Assembly (NCBI GenBank): GCA_963738025.1
Contig: CAVTWA010000005.1
Coordinates: 192,502 to 224,501, forward strand
Length of the DNA: 32,000 nucleotides
Reading direction: 5' to 3'
Origin: an uncultured Acidobacteriota bacterium
GTDB lineage: Bacteria; Acidobacteriota; Terriglobia; 20CM-2-55-15
Under the pieces are notes generated by a model, which was not told the DNA's origin, did no database searches, and saw nothing but the letters and a program-made list of their open reading frames with translations. Positions 16,783 through 25,209 of the stretch are shown one piece after another (positions within the stretch are counted from its first letter, which is position 1; each line of letters begins with the position of its first letter). Both the position numbers and the translations under genes were made by a program.

Positions 16783-17819
16783 CAGGCAGTGACGCTCCGG
16801 GGGCGCATCTTCGCTGGACTGGATAACTGCCATTTCAGCAGCTTCCAGCTGTCTCCCAACTTCCGGTTTGCTCCCAGCACGGCAGACGGTTCGTACCCCG
16901 CGTGGACCATACAGTCGGCGCAGCGTGGATCGCGACCATGGCCGTATTTTTCCCAGGGAGTCTTGTCGATCAGGTCCTTGAATGACGAGTGGTGCTTGTC
17001 CGTCATCAGGTAGCAGGGCCCCTTCCAGCCGCGCGGGTTGTAGGTTGGATTACCCCACGCCGTGCACATCATGTCGCGCTCACCGGCAAGGAATTCCAGA
17101 TAGATCGGCGACGTCATGAGCTGAAAGTGTCCGAGCAGTTCGCGCGCCTGGCGGAACTTTTCGCGAATGTCGTCGCGCGACATGAAGATTTCTTTCGATT
17201 GCACTGCGGCATACGAATACGCAGGCGAAACCATGAATCCGTCAACGCCCAGGCCCGACAGGTATTCGAATAGTTGGCGGATTTCCTTCAAGTCGGTTTC
17301 TTTGAAAATGGTCGTGTTGGTACAAACCAGGAAACCGGCTTCCTTCGCTGCCTTGATTCCTTCAATCGCCAGCTGAAAAACCCCTTCCCGCTCGACGCAC
17401 ATGTCATGCGTTTTTTCGAGACCATCGAGGTGCACGTTGAAGAACAGCCGCGACGAGGGTTTGAACTCGTGCAGGCGTTTCTTAAGAAACATTCCATGCG
17501 TGCACAAATAGATGTGCTTTTTGCGGCCCAATAACTCACTCACAAGACGCCCGAGTTCGGGGTAAATCATGGGTTCGCCGCCGCAAATCGAAACGATGGG
17601 CGCGCCGCATTCCTCAGCTGCAGCAAGGCACTGCTCAACGGAAAGCTTTTCTTTGATTGTGTCGGCATATTCACGGATGCGACCGCAGCCGGTGCACGTC
17701 AGATTGCACGCGTGCAGGGGCTCGAGCATCATCACCAGAGGAAACTTGTCGACGCCGCGTAGCCTTTTGCCAGCGATGTACTTGGACATGCTGGTTGTCA
17801 TAGTCAGTGGAAATCTCAC
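16782..17819 (-). CDS. hpnH: Adenosylhopane synthase HpnH (radical SAM)
   Basis: 345-aa ORF with radical SAM motif LEPLHACNLTCTGCGRI (CxxxCxxC) and a C-terminal segment WGNPTYNPRGWKGPCYLM...DPRCADCMVHAGYE typical of HpnH. The GTG at 17819 overlaps the shc stop by 1 nt; alternative ATG starts are at 17801 and 17789. Confidence 0.9.
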   Translation of the reverse strand: MRFPLTMTTSMSKYIAGKRLRGVDKFPLVMMLEPLHACNLTCTGCGRIREYADTIKEKLSVEQCLAAAEECGAPIVSICGGEPMIYPELGRLVSELLGRKKHIYLCTHGMFLKKRLHEFKPSSRLFFNVHLDGLEKTHDMCVEREGVFQLAIEGIKAAKEAGFLVCTNTTIFKETDLKEIRQLFEYLSGLGVDGFMVSPAYSYAAVQSKEIFMSRDDIREKFRQARELLGHFQLMTSPIYLEFLAGERDMMCTAWGNPTYNPRGWKGPCYLMTDKHHSSFKDLIDKTPWEKYGHGRDPRCADCMVHAGYEPSAVLGANRKLGDSWKLLKWQLSSPAKMRPRSVTA

Positions 17820-19720
17820 TAAACCCTCGCTAACTGTCGATATCGAGCTAGTGCAAACATTGGAAAATAATGACGGTAAAGATGGTATTTCAAATAAAAC
17901 ACCTTCGGAAAACCCGTCCCTGTAAACGGCACTTCATCCCAGGAGCCATGATCGTTCTGGCGTTCCAGCAGATATGCAACGGCCGACTGAACAGCCGGAT
18001 CATTCACGTCGTAGACCGTGAGCAGTCCGAGCAGGCCCCAGGCCGTCTGCGACGGCGTGCTTTCGCCCCTTCCCATCTCAGCAGGATCGTTGTACGACGT
18101 GCACGATTCGCCAAATCCGCCGTCTGCGTTCTGAACCGAGCGGAGCCATTCCGCGGCTTTGACCATCGCCGGATGCTGTCTTAATCCAACCGCATATAGA
18201 GCCCGCAAAACGCCGCTCGTGCCATATACATAATTGACTCCCCAGCGGCCATACCAGGGACCATTGGGGTATTGCTCCTTCAGCACATATGCAATTCCCC
18301 GTTGGACGCGAGCGTCGGCATCGGTCCAGCCGAACCGGCCGAAGCACTCCAGCACGCGGGCGGTCACGTCAGGAGACGATGGATCAAGCATGGCGTTGTG
18401 ATCGGCGAAGGGGATATGGTTCAAAATGGCGCGATCGTTGTCGCGGTCAAAGGCTCCCCAGCCGCCATCCCGGTTTTGCATACTTGCCAGCCACTTCATT
18501 CCTAGATCGACGGAGTGGTCCAAGCGTTCGCGGTCGGGGTAGGGAGCATTTTGAAGCGCCATCAGCACAAATGCCGTGTCGTCGACGTCCGGATAGAAAT
18601 CATTGCGAAATTCGAAAGCCCAGCCGCCGGGCGATGCATCCCGATTTTTGATTTGCCAGTCACCCGACCCCAGAATCTGTTTGTCCAGCAACCACTCCGT
18701 GGCTCTTTTCAACACATCGTCAGATCGTGAACCGGCCTCGATCAGCGTGAATGCAGCAATTGCCGTGTCCCAGACCGGCGACAAACAGGGCTGCAGGCGA
18801 ATCGTGATGCTGTCTTCGATTTCGAATTTGCCGAACTCGCTGATCTGCCGCGCGGTCAATGGATGCGTCGGAGAATGGCCAAGAGCCATCAGAGCGAAAA
18901 TGGAATTCATCATTGCCGGATAGATGGCAGCGAGGCCTTCCGTGCGCTCCAGATGTTCGACCATCCAGTCCGTTGCCAGATCCAACGCGCGTTTGCGTCC
19001 GGGTTTCCAGGGGATTCGTTCGTAAATCTTGAGCCCGCGGTCGAGAGTGAGGAAGGCGTTTCGCCAGCTGACTTCGGCGCCTATTTCAAACATCGCCTTC
19101 GTCTTTGACCGGTCGCAGAATAACTCGTCCAGGTGCGCGGTTTTCGGCACGGGCCAGCACGGCTTGTGCGCATATAGAATCGTCAGAGGCACAACGATCG
19201 CGCGAGTCCACGACGACATCTCGTAGATGTTGATGTACGCCCAATTGGGCAAAAGCATCAGCTCCGGCGGTATGGCCGGCACCATTTCCCAACTGATCAC
19301 GCCGGCAAGCGCCAGATAAAGTCGGGTAAACGAATTTGTATGTTCCAGGCCGCCAAGTTCGCGGACACGGCGGCAGGCGCGCACCATATGCGGAGCGTCC
19401 GGAGAGTCCCCGGCAAGTTTCAGCGCGAAATAGGCCTTAACCGTGGCGTTTACTTCAGAAGGGCCGCCGCTGAAGATGTTCCAGCCGCCATCGCTCAACT
19501 GCCGGCGGCGCACATACTCCGCGAGTTTGCGGACGCGGATGTGATCGAACTTATCCAGAACGTGGAGGTAGAAGATATAGTCGGATTCGAGCGTCGTGTC
19601 CGCTTCCAGCTCACCCAGCCAGTAACCTTCTTCGTACTGCAGAGAGATTAGAAACGAAACCGCGCGCTCGAGCGATTCTTCGAGCAGGGATTGTGTTTCG
19701 AGTTCTAGATTCTGTGACAT
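17819..19720 (-). CDS. shc: Squalene-hopene cyclase
   Basis: 633-aa ORF with the catalytic DxDD motif in FYPDVDDTAFVLMAL. It has multiple QW repeats (RRRQLSDGGWNIF, LASMQNRDGGWGAF, LRSVQNADGGFGE, LLERQNDHGSWDE) and the terminal GTGFPKVFYLKYHLYRHYFP segment. Confidence 0.95.
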   Translation of the reverse strand: MSQNLELETQSLLEESLERAVSFLISLQYEEGYWLGELEADTTLESDYIFYLHVLDKFDHIRVRKLAEYVRRRQLSDGGWNIFSGGPSEVNATVKAYFALKLAGDSPDAPHMVRACRRVRELGGLEHTNSFTRLYLALAGVISWEMVPAIPPELMLLPNWAYINIYEMSSWTRAIVVPLTILYAHKPCWPVPKTAHLDELFCDRSKTKAMFEIGAEVSWRNAFLTLDRGLKIYERIPWKPGRKRALDLATDWMVEHLERTEGLAAIYPAMMNSIFALMALGHSPTHPLTARQISEFGKFEIEDSITIRLQPCLSPVWDTAIAAFTLIEAGSRSDDVLKRATEWLLDKQILGSGDWQIKNRDASPGGWAFEFRNDFYPDVDDTAFVLMALQNAPYPDRERLDHSVDLGMKWLASMQNRDGGWGAFDRDNDRAILNHIPFADHNAMLDPSSPDVTARVLECFGRFGWTDADARVQRGIAYVLKEQYPNGPWYGRWGVNYVYGTSGVLRALYAVGLRQHPAMVKAAEWLRSVQNADGGFGESCTSYNDPAEMGRGESTPSQTAWGLLGLLTVYDVNDPAVQSAVAYLLERQNDHGSWDEVPFTGTGFPKVFYLKYHLYRHYFPMFALARYRQLARV

Positions 19721-19729
19721 TTTTAGGTG

Positions 19730-20710
19730 TTAAGAACCGACACGTTCGAATTTGTCCAGTGGCGCCGGTAAAGGAAAATGTACGTTCTCTTCGATGAGTT
19801 CCACTTCTTCAATTCTGGTAAAGCCTCGCTGCCGCAGGCTTTCCACGACCTGCTGGACTAAAATTTCGGGAGTAGAAGCACCGGCCGTGACCCCGACATT
19901 CTCGCAATCGGCAAGCCATTCGGCTTGAATGTCTCTGGCACTTGCGATCAAGTGCGCCGCGGTACCCTTTCCGCGCGCTACCTCGACAAGGCGGTTCGAA
20001 TTCGAGCTGTTCTCCGCGCCCACCACGAGGATCAGGTTCGCCCGTTCGGCAAGCGCCTTGACGGCAGTCTGACGATTCTGGGTCGCATAGCAAATGTCGG
20101 AACTTGCAGGGGAAATGATCGAAGGAAAGCGTTGCTTTAAACGATCGACAATCGCCTGCGCGTCGTCGAGACTCAAGGTGGTCTGAGTGGCGTAGATCAC
20201 GCGGTCCGCTTGAACGTTTTCAAGCGCATCGACGTCATCGACGCTGGATACGACGTGAATGTGATTTGGCGCCTCACCGAATGTCCCGATCACTTCGTCA
20301 TGATTCCGGTGACCAATCAGAATGATGCTGTAGCCTTCTTTGGCGTACCGGACGACTTCGATATGCACTTTTGTCACAAGCGGGCAGGTCGCATCGATCA
20401 CCGACAACCGGCGCCGGTCCGCGTCGTCCCGCACATCGGGGGCAACGCCGTGCGCGCTGAAAATGGTGACCGCGCCGTCCGGCACTTCTTTCAGGTCTTC
20501 GACGAAAACGGCTCCCCGGGCTGCCAGTTCATCGACTACAAACCGGTTGTGGACGATTTCCTTCCGTACGTAAACCGGTGCGCCGAGCCTTTCCAGCGCT
20601 ATTTCGACAATATCGATTGCTCGAATAACACCGGCGCAAAAGCCTCTCGGTTTTGGAAGTAATACAGTTTTAGCATGCTCCGGCATCAACTCTCCCGCGC
20701 GCAAACTCAT
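19730..20710 (-). CDS. ispH: 4-hydroxy-3-methylbut-2-enyl diphosphate reductase (IspH/LytB)
   Basis: 326-aa ORF with ATG at 20710. The three cluster-binding Cys contexts are present (RGFCAGV, DATCPLVTKVH, SDICYATQNRQ), as are the SAHGV and VVGAENSSNSNRL motifs. Confidence 0.95.
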   Translation of the reverse strand: MSLRAGELMPEHAKTVLLPKPRGFCAGVIRAIDIVEIALERLGAPVYVRKEIVHNRFVVDELAARGAVFVEDLKEVPDGAVTIFSAHGVAPDVRDDADRRRLSVIDATCPLVTKVHIEVVRYAKEGYSIILIGHRNHDEVIGTFGEAPNHIHVVSSVDDVDALENVQADRVIYATQTTLSLDDAQAIVDRLKQRFPSIISPASSDICYATQNRQTAVKALAERANLILVVGAENSSNSNRLVEVARGKGTAAHLIASARDIQAEWLADCENVGVTAGASTPEILVQQVVESLRQRGFTRIEEVELIEENVHFPLPAPLDKFERVGS

Positions 20711-20793
20711 CAGTCAGATTGTATCGAATCGCAACCCACCCGGAAATCTGCATCCTAACACGGACTTCGCGTCCCTGTAACGCAGGCTTAACA

Positions 20794-21180
20794 TTAAATG
20801 TTTTTAATGAGATGGCTGAAACTCCAACGTAGAAGGGTACTTACAAATTCCTTATTTCTTCTGGAGGGCGTTGACAGGACACGCTTCGGAGTCAGCGGAT
20901 ACTTCTGCAGTCGAACACCGGTCGCGTCGAAGAACGCATTGGCGATCGCTGCGGTTGCACCCGCCATCACCTCTACGCCTGCCCGTCGAGCGCTCGTTCA
21001 GCCAGTACTATACAAACATCATCTGTCTGAGAGAAAACGCGCCACAACACCGCCGGCGCGCCGAACCCCTCGCGATCTGCGAGCTGAACCGCTGTATGCA
21101 CTAGCGCGAAAATCGGCGGTTGGACGAGTTCACCCGAAGCCTCGTCCTCAATAGCAAGTTCCCCGGCGAGGATCCCGAAT
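20794..21180 (-). pseudogene. C-terminal remnant of a molybdopterin-dependent oxidoreductase (aldehyde oxidase/xanthine dehydrogenase, IorB/CoxL-like), truncated and frameshifted
   Basis: My minus-strand translation ending at TAA 20794-20796 reads ...RRAGVEVMAGATAAIANAFFDATGVRLQKYPLTPKRVL..., which resembles the conserved C-terminal GxGE...APAIANAxFDATGxRxxxLPxTPxxV motif of this family. The upstream part (…LADREGFGAPAVLWRVFSQTDDVCIVLAERALDGQA*) is in a different frame (track ORF 20973-21368). Protein-like sequence stops at the AT-rich junction near 21180. Confidence 0.45.
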
Positions 21181-21466
21181 TTCTTGGAATTTCTAAAATT
21201 CAAAATAAAGTCGATATATCTAATTGATAATAAGCTATATATCCGAAAATGTGACGCATGACCGACACTCTTGGAAGAAAGGATCAAAAATTGCATCTTC
21301 GTTAGCGCAGTTTTGGGTCCAATCTCAATTCCGTTCGAGATGTGGAGAGACAGGGAATCCGGCCGCATGTCTCTCGACCTTTATTGGCGTGGCTGGAATC
21401 AACTTCAAATAAGGCTGCGCGCTATCGCGCTTGCGTGTGCGCGTAACGAAAAGAAAGAGGTGAAAT

Positions 21467-22111
21467 ATGAAAAATTCGACTGCTAACAAAATCAAGACCA
21501 AACTGGCGTTTCACAATGTGTCGGACGCGCATGCCCAACAGCAATTCCTTGCAGTGCTGAAGGGTATGAAGAACAATCCGGCATATCCGATCCCGCCGGT
21601 GGATATGGCGACTTTCGAAAAGGGTGTGGACAGTTTCGGCACGCTGCTCACCGATGCGCAAGATGGAGGCAAGAAGGCCATCAGCGCGAAGGACAAACAG
21701 CGTGTGGCGGTGATCAAGATGTATACGGACCTCGGACATTACGTCGAGTCGGCATGCAACGACGATCCCGCAATCTTCAATACCAGTGGTTTCAGCGCAG
21801 TTGTCAGAACCAGGACTGCGCCAGCGCCGCTGACAGGTTCGAGCTTCCAATGGATCGATCGCGGTCCCAATAGCGGAGAGATTGCCGTAAAGATTGCTGC
21901 TCTGATCGGAGCAATCGCTTACGAACTCCGTTATACCCTGGTGGCCAACGGCGTAGCGTCCGGTTCCCCGACCACGCTCACGCTGACCAGCCCCCGCAAG
22001 CTCATCCTGACCGGCCTGACGCCGGCTGGAACCTACCAGTTCCAGGTCCGCGCGTTGGGTAAGTTGGGATTCAATGATTGGAGCACTCCGATGACGTTTA
22101 TCTGCGCCTAA
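21467..22111 (+). CDS. Hypothetical protein with helical N-terminal half and C-terminal fibronectin type III-like domain
   Basis: 214-aa ORF preceded by aagaaaGAGGTGaaatATG (good SD) and followed by a strong terminator. The C-terminal pattern ...YELRYTLV...LILTGLTPAGTYQFQVRALGKLGFNDWSTPMTFICA is a typical FN3 F-G strand signature. The longer antisense ORF 21422-22162 reads as compositional noise. Confidence 0.6.
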   Translation: MKNSTANKIKTKLAFHNVSDAHAQQQFLAVLKGMKNNPAYPIPPVDMATFEKGVDSFGTLLTDAQDGGKKAISAKDKQRVAVIKMYTDLGHYVESACNDDPAIFNTSGFSAVVRTRTAPAPLTGSSFQWIDRGPNSGEIAVKIAALIGAIAYELRYTLVANGVASGSPTTLTLTSPRKLILTGLTPAGTYQFQVRALGKLGFNDWSTPMTFICA

Positions 22112-22141
22112 CTGGTGGCAGAGCGTCGGAGTGTTCGATTC

Positions 22142-22175
22142 GGCCCGTGGATTTACATCCACGGGCCTTTTTTTT
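22142..22175 (+). terminator. Rho-independent terminator of the FN3-domain gene
   Basis: The stem GGCCCGTGGAT (22142-22152) pairs with ATCCACGGGCC (22157-22167) around loop ttac. It is followed by eight T residues (22168-22175), 30 nt after the stop codon. Confidence 0.8.
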
Positions 22176-22233
22176 GGCAGCAGTCACCGCCCTCGGGTTC
22201 ACTGCCACCGTTGAGGCTTATAAAACGCCAAAA

Positions 22234-22347
22234 GTGAACCACGACCAATCCTGCCGAAAAGATAAGCCACGAATTGAACGAATTAAACGAATTTGAATCC
22301 GTTTAATCCGTTCAATCCGTGGCTTATCTCTCCGATTCGGTAAAATC
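22234..22347. repeat. Hairpin repeat family B, copy 1 (upstream of kinase gene)
   Basis: The sequence is gtgaacca...cctgccgaaaAGATAAGCCACGAATTGAACGAATTAAACGaatttgaatcCGTTTAATCCGTTCAATCCGTGGCTTATCTctcc...aaaatc. The 30-nt arms (22260-22289 and 22300-22329) are complementary except for two A/C positions. Each arm is built from three 9-nt units (ACGAATTnA). Confidence 0.9.
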
Positions 22348-22445
22348 TTTCATATTGGCCGCGGTACGGTAGACCGAAAACCCTCACGAGGCTTGTAGCG
22401 GCCGCAAGTCCTTTCCCACAATGTTCTATAATCACCTGCGAAATC

Positions 22446-25088
22446 ATGTCTTTGACTATCGGCACACAACTCGGCTCGCATGAGATAACCGCCCTGTTAG
22501 GTAAAGGTGGCATGGGCGAGGTCTATCGCGCCCGAGATCTGAAGTTGAAGCGCGAAGTCGCTATCAAGATCCTGCCCGAGGAATTCTCGTCCGATGCTGA
22601 TCGCGGTGCGCGTTTTCAGCGAGAGGCCGAGGTTCTCGCATCGCTTAATCATCCCAATATTGCGGCAATTTACGAAATCGAACAATTCGGCGGCCGGAAG
22701 TTCCTTGTGATGGAACTCGTGTTGGGCGAGACTCTGGCGGAACGGCTTGAGCGCGGGCCGATTCCAGTGGATGAGGCGCTCGGCATCGCGAAGGAGATTG
22801 CGGAAGGACTGGAGACGGCGCACGCGAAGGGGATCATCCATCGGGATCTCAAGCCTGCCAATGTGAAGATCACGCCGAACGGAAAGGTGAAGATCCTCGA
22901 CTTCGGGTTGGCGAAAGCTTACGAGTCGGAATCCGGCAGCGCGAATCTGTCAAGCTCTCCCACGTTGAGCCTCGCCGGCACCATGCAAGGCGTGATCCTT
23001 GGTACTGCAGCGTACATGTCGCCGGAGCAGGCGCGCGCGGAGCCCCTGGATCCGCGAACGGACCTGTTTTCTCTTGGCGTCGTGCTCTATGAGATGACGA
23101 CGGGCCGGCCGCCCTTCAGCGGCCTTGTCGTGCCGGTCATTCTCGACGCGATCCTCCACAAGACGCCCCTCGCTCCAAGCCGGATCAATGCAGAGCTGCC
23201 GCCGGCTCTCGATCGGATCATCTTCAAGCTGCTCGAAAAAGATCGGGCAGCCCGTTTCGCATCCGCGTTTGAGATAAGCAAGGCGCTGAGGGTGCTGGAG
23301 GCCGGAATGCCATTCGCGTCCACCAAACGTGGATGGCCTGGGCGTATCGCTATAGGAGCAGTCCTCCTCGCAGTGCTGGCGGGCGTGACCATGTGGCAGC
23401 GAACGCGCCCGAAGTTTCCTGCCCCATCCGACTACATGCAGGTGACTTACGTGTCGGATTCGGCCACCTCGCCGTCCCTCTCGCCTGATGGGAATACGTT
23501 GGCGTTCATTCGAGGGCCGGCCACTTTTTTTGGCGCGGGCCAGATCTACGTGAAAGCGCTTCCAGACGGCGATCCAGTAAGGCTGACACAGGATGGACTC
23601 AGCAAAATGAGCCCGGTCTTTTCGCCCGATGGCTCACGCGTCGCCTACACGGCTGTCGACCAGAACTTCGAGTGGAATACATGGATCGTTTCGCTCGTCG
23701 GACGCGAACCAAAGCTGTGGCTGAAGAACGCCTCTGGACTGTCGTGGATGGACGCCACCCACGTTCTGTTCTCGGAGATGACCGGCATGGGCATTCACAT
23801 GGGTCTCGTCACGGCGACAGAGGATCGGAACCAAACCCGCTCGGTGTACCAGCCGGCTGACGCGCAGGGGATGGCCCACCGCTCCTCGCCTTCTCCGGAC
23901 GGCAAGTCGGTGATTCTCGTCGAGATGGTGTCGAACGTCTTTAAGAAGTGTCGCGTCGTACCCGCTGATGGGAGCTCGCCTGGAAAGAGCGTTGGTCCCG
24001 AGGGCGAGTGCACGGCAGCCGCCTGGTCGACCGATGGCCGCTGGATGTATTTCTCGGCAAAGGTGAGCGGTGTGTTTCATATCTGGCGGCAGCGCTCGCC
24101 ACACGGAAGTCTTGAGCAACTCACGAACGGTACATCGGAAGAGGAAGGTATCGCCATCGCGCCCGATGGGCGTTCGTTATTCACCTCGCTGGGAACGGCC
24201 CGGAGCGCCGTCTGGGTCCATGACGGCCGGGGCGACCGCGAAGTGTCGGGAGAAGGCAACGCATTCGTGCCCACTCTAGCCCCGGTCATGTCGCAACCGT
24301 TTTCCTCCGATGGCCGCAAGCTGTTCTACCTGGTCCGGCAAGGAGCGCAACCCGTCGGCCTGGATCAGCGCTCGGGAGCCTTGTGGGTGGTCGATCTGGA
24401 CACGGAGCGCCGCGAACTGTTGCTTCCAGGCTTCGATGTGACCGCCTATGACGTCTCGCGCGACGGCAAGCGGGTTGTATTCGCAGCGCTGGACAGCATG
24501 GGGCAGTCTCATCTTTGGCTCGCACGACTGGATGGAAAGCTATCGCCGCGTCAAATCTCCGCGATTGAAGCGGATAGCCCACACTTCGGCGAGCACGACT
24601 CCATCCTGTTCCGCGGCGGAGACAGTACGGCCCGCTTCATCTTTCGGATGGAGGAAGACGGCGGTCAGCCTCGTAAGGCTGTCGCCGAGCCGGTTTTATT
24701 CTTTCTGAGCGTGTCACCCGATGATGCATGGCTGGTCGCCCGCGTCGCTTCGAAGGAGCATAACGGCAGCGCCGTCGTTGCCTTTTCCACGCGCGACGGA
24801 AGGACTGCACCTTTGTGCGGTGAGTGCGAAGCCGACTGGGCACCGGGCGGACAGGAGTTCGTCATCAGGGGGTTATTCCAGCAAAACAAATCGCTCAGGA
24901 TTGCGCTAGTCCCCGGAAATTCTCTTCCTGCACTGCCCGCAAACGGGTTCCACTCCGAAGCCGACGTGGCCGCCCTGGCTGGCGCCAGCATCGGCGAGGA
25001 ACTTCAATATCCGGGACGTGACCGTGCACAGTATGCTTATGTGAAATCTTCGATTCAGCGAAACATCTATCGCGTGCCACTTCCATAG
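22446..25088 (+). CDS. Membrane Ser/Thr protein kinase with extracytoplasmic PD40/TolB-like beta-propeller domain
   Basis: 880-aa ORF with Hanks kinase motifs GKGGMGEVY, AIK, HRDLKPANV, DFGLAK and GTAAYMSPEQ. It has one TM helix (RIAIGAVLLAVLAGVTMW) and then repeated SPDG-type PD40 motifs (LSPDGNTLAF, FSPDGSRVAY, PSPDGKSVIL, WSTDGRWMYF, IAPDGRSLF, FSSDGRKLFY, VSRDGKRVVF). Confidence 0.9.
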   Translation: MSLTIGTQLGSHEITALLGKGGMGEVYRARDLKLKREVAIKILPEEFSSDADRGARFQREAEVLASLNHPNIAAIYEIEQFGGRKFLVMELVLGETLAERLERGPIPVDEALGIAKEIAEGLETAHAKGIIHRDLKPANVKITPNGKVKILDFGLAKAYESESGSANLSSSPTLSLAGTMQGVILGTAAYMSPEQARAEPLDPRTDLFSLGVVLYEMTTGRPPFSGLVVPVILDAILHKTPLAPSRINAELPPALDRIIFKLLEKDRAARFASAFEISKALRVLEAGMPFASTKRGWPGRIAIGAVLLAVLAGVTMWQRTRPKFPAPSDYMQVTYVSDSATSPSLSPDGNTLAFIRGPATFFGAGQIYVKALPDGDPVRLTQDGLSKMSPVFSPDGSRVAYTAVDQNFEWNTWIVSLVGREPKLWLKNASGLSWMDATHVLFSEMTGMGIHMGLVTATEDRNQTRSVYQPADAQGMAHRSSPSPDGKSVILVEMVSNVFKKCRVVPADGSSPGKSVGPEGECTAAAWSTDGRWMYFSAKVSGVFHIWRQRSPHGSLEQLTNGTSEEEGIAIAPDGRSLFTSLGTARSAVWVHDGRGDREVSGEGNAFVPTLAPVMSQPFSSDGRKLFYLVRQGAQPVGLDQRSGALWVVDLDTERRELLLPGFDVTAYDVSRDGKRVVFAALDSMGQSHLWLARLDGKLSPRQISAIEADSPHFGEHDSILFRGGDSTARFIFRMEEDGGQPRKAVAEPVLFFLSVSPDDAWLVARVASKEHNGSAVVAFSTRDGRTAPLCGECEADWAPGGQEFVIRGLFQQNKSLRIALVPGNSLPALPANGFHSEADVAALAGASIGEELQYPGRDRAQYAYVKSSIQRNIYRVPLP

Positions 25089-25105
25089 GCTCATCGTTTC
25101 TCGGC

Positions 25106-25209
25106 GTGAACCAACCTGCCGGAAAAGATAAGCCACGAATTGAACGAATTAAACGAATTTGAATCGGTTAAATCCGTTCCGTGGCTTATCTCTTCCCGTC
25201 TGGAAAATC
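25106..25209. repeat. Hairpin repeat family B, copy 2 (downstream of kinase gene), right arm degraded
   Basis: The sequence is gtgaaccaacctgccggaaaAGATAAGCCACGAATTGAACGAATTAAACGaatttgaatcGGTTAAATCCGTTCCGTGGCTTATCTcttcc...aaaatc. The left arm and loop are identical to copy 1. The right arm carries substitutions and a 4-nt deletion. It has the same orientation as copy 1. Confidence 0.85.

Noticed and set aside
20718-20723. TACAAT hexamer (minus strand) 7 nt upstream of the ispH ATG as a -10 box implying a leaderless transcript for the supercluster
   Set aside because: There is no acceptable -35 element at 17-nt spacing (TTTCCG at best), and I cannot verify a transcription start from sequence alone. 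It is noted as a possibility but not reported as a feature.
20798-21368. Track ORFs 20798-21154(+) and 20973-21368(-) as intact genes
   Set aside because: The plus-strand ORF is antisense noise. The minus-strand ORF is a chimera of AT-rich junk (N-terminal half) and one frame of the oxidoreductase remnant. Neither is a credible intact gene.
21422-22162. 246-aa minus-strand ORF antisense to the FN3-domain gene
   Set aside because: Its peptide is low-complexity and R/G/S-rich with no recognisable motifs. The plus-strand ORF has an SD, an FN3 signature and a matching rho-independent terminator.
22283-22513. 76-aa minus-strand ORF overlapping repeat B copy 1 and the kinase start
   Set aside because: It is generated by translation of the hairpin repeat (…GLNGLNGFKFV) and is antisense to the kinase N-terminus. 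I consider it spurious.
4231-25209. Possibility that the repeated elements (families A and B) form a CRISPR array
   Set aside because: There are only 2-3 copies, separated by kilobases of ordinary genes. The elements are long self-complementary palindromes, there are no regularly sized spacers, and no cas genes are in the window.
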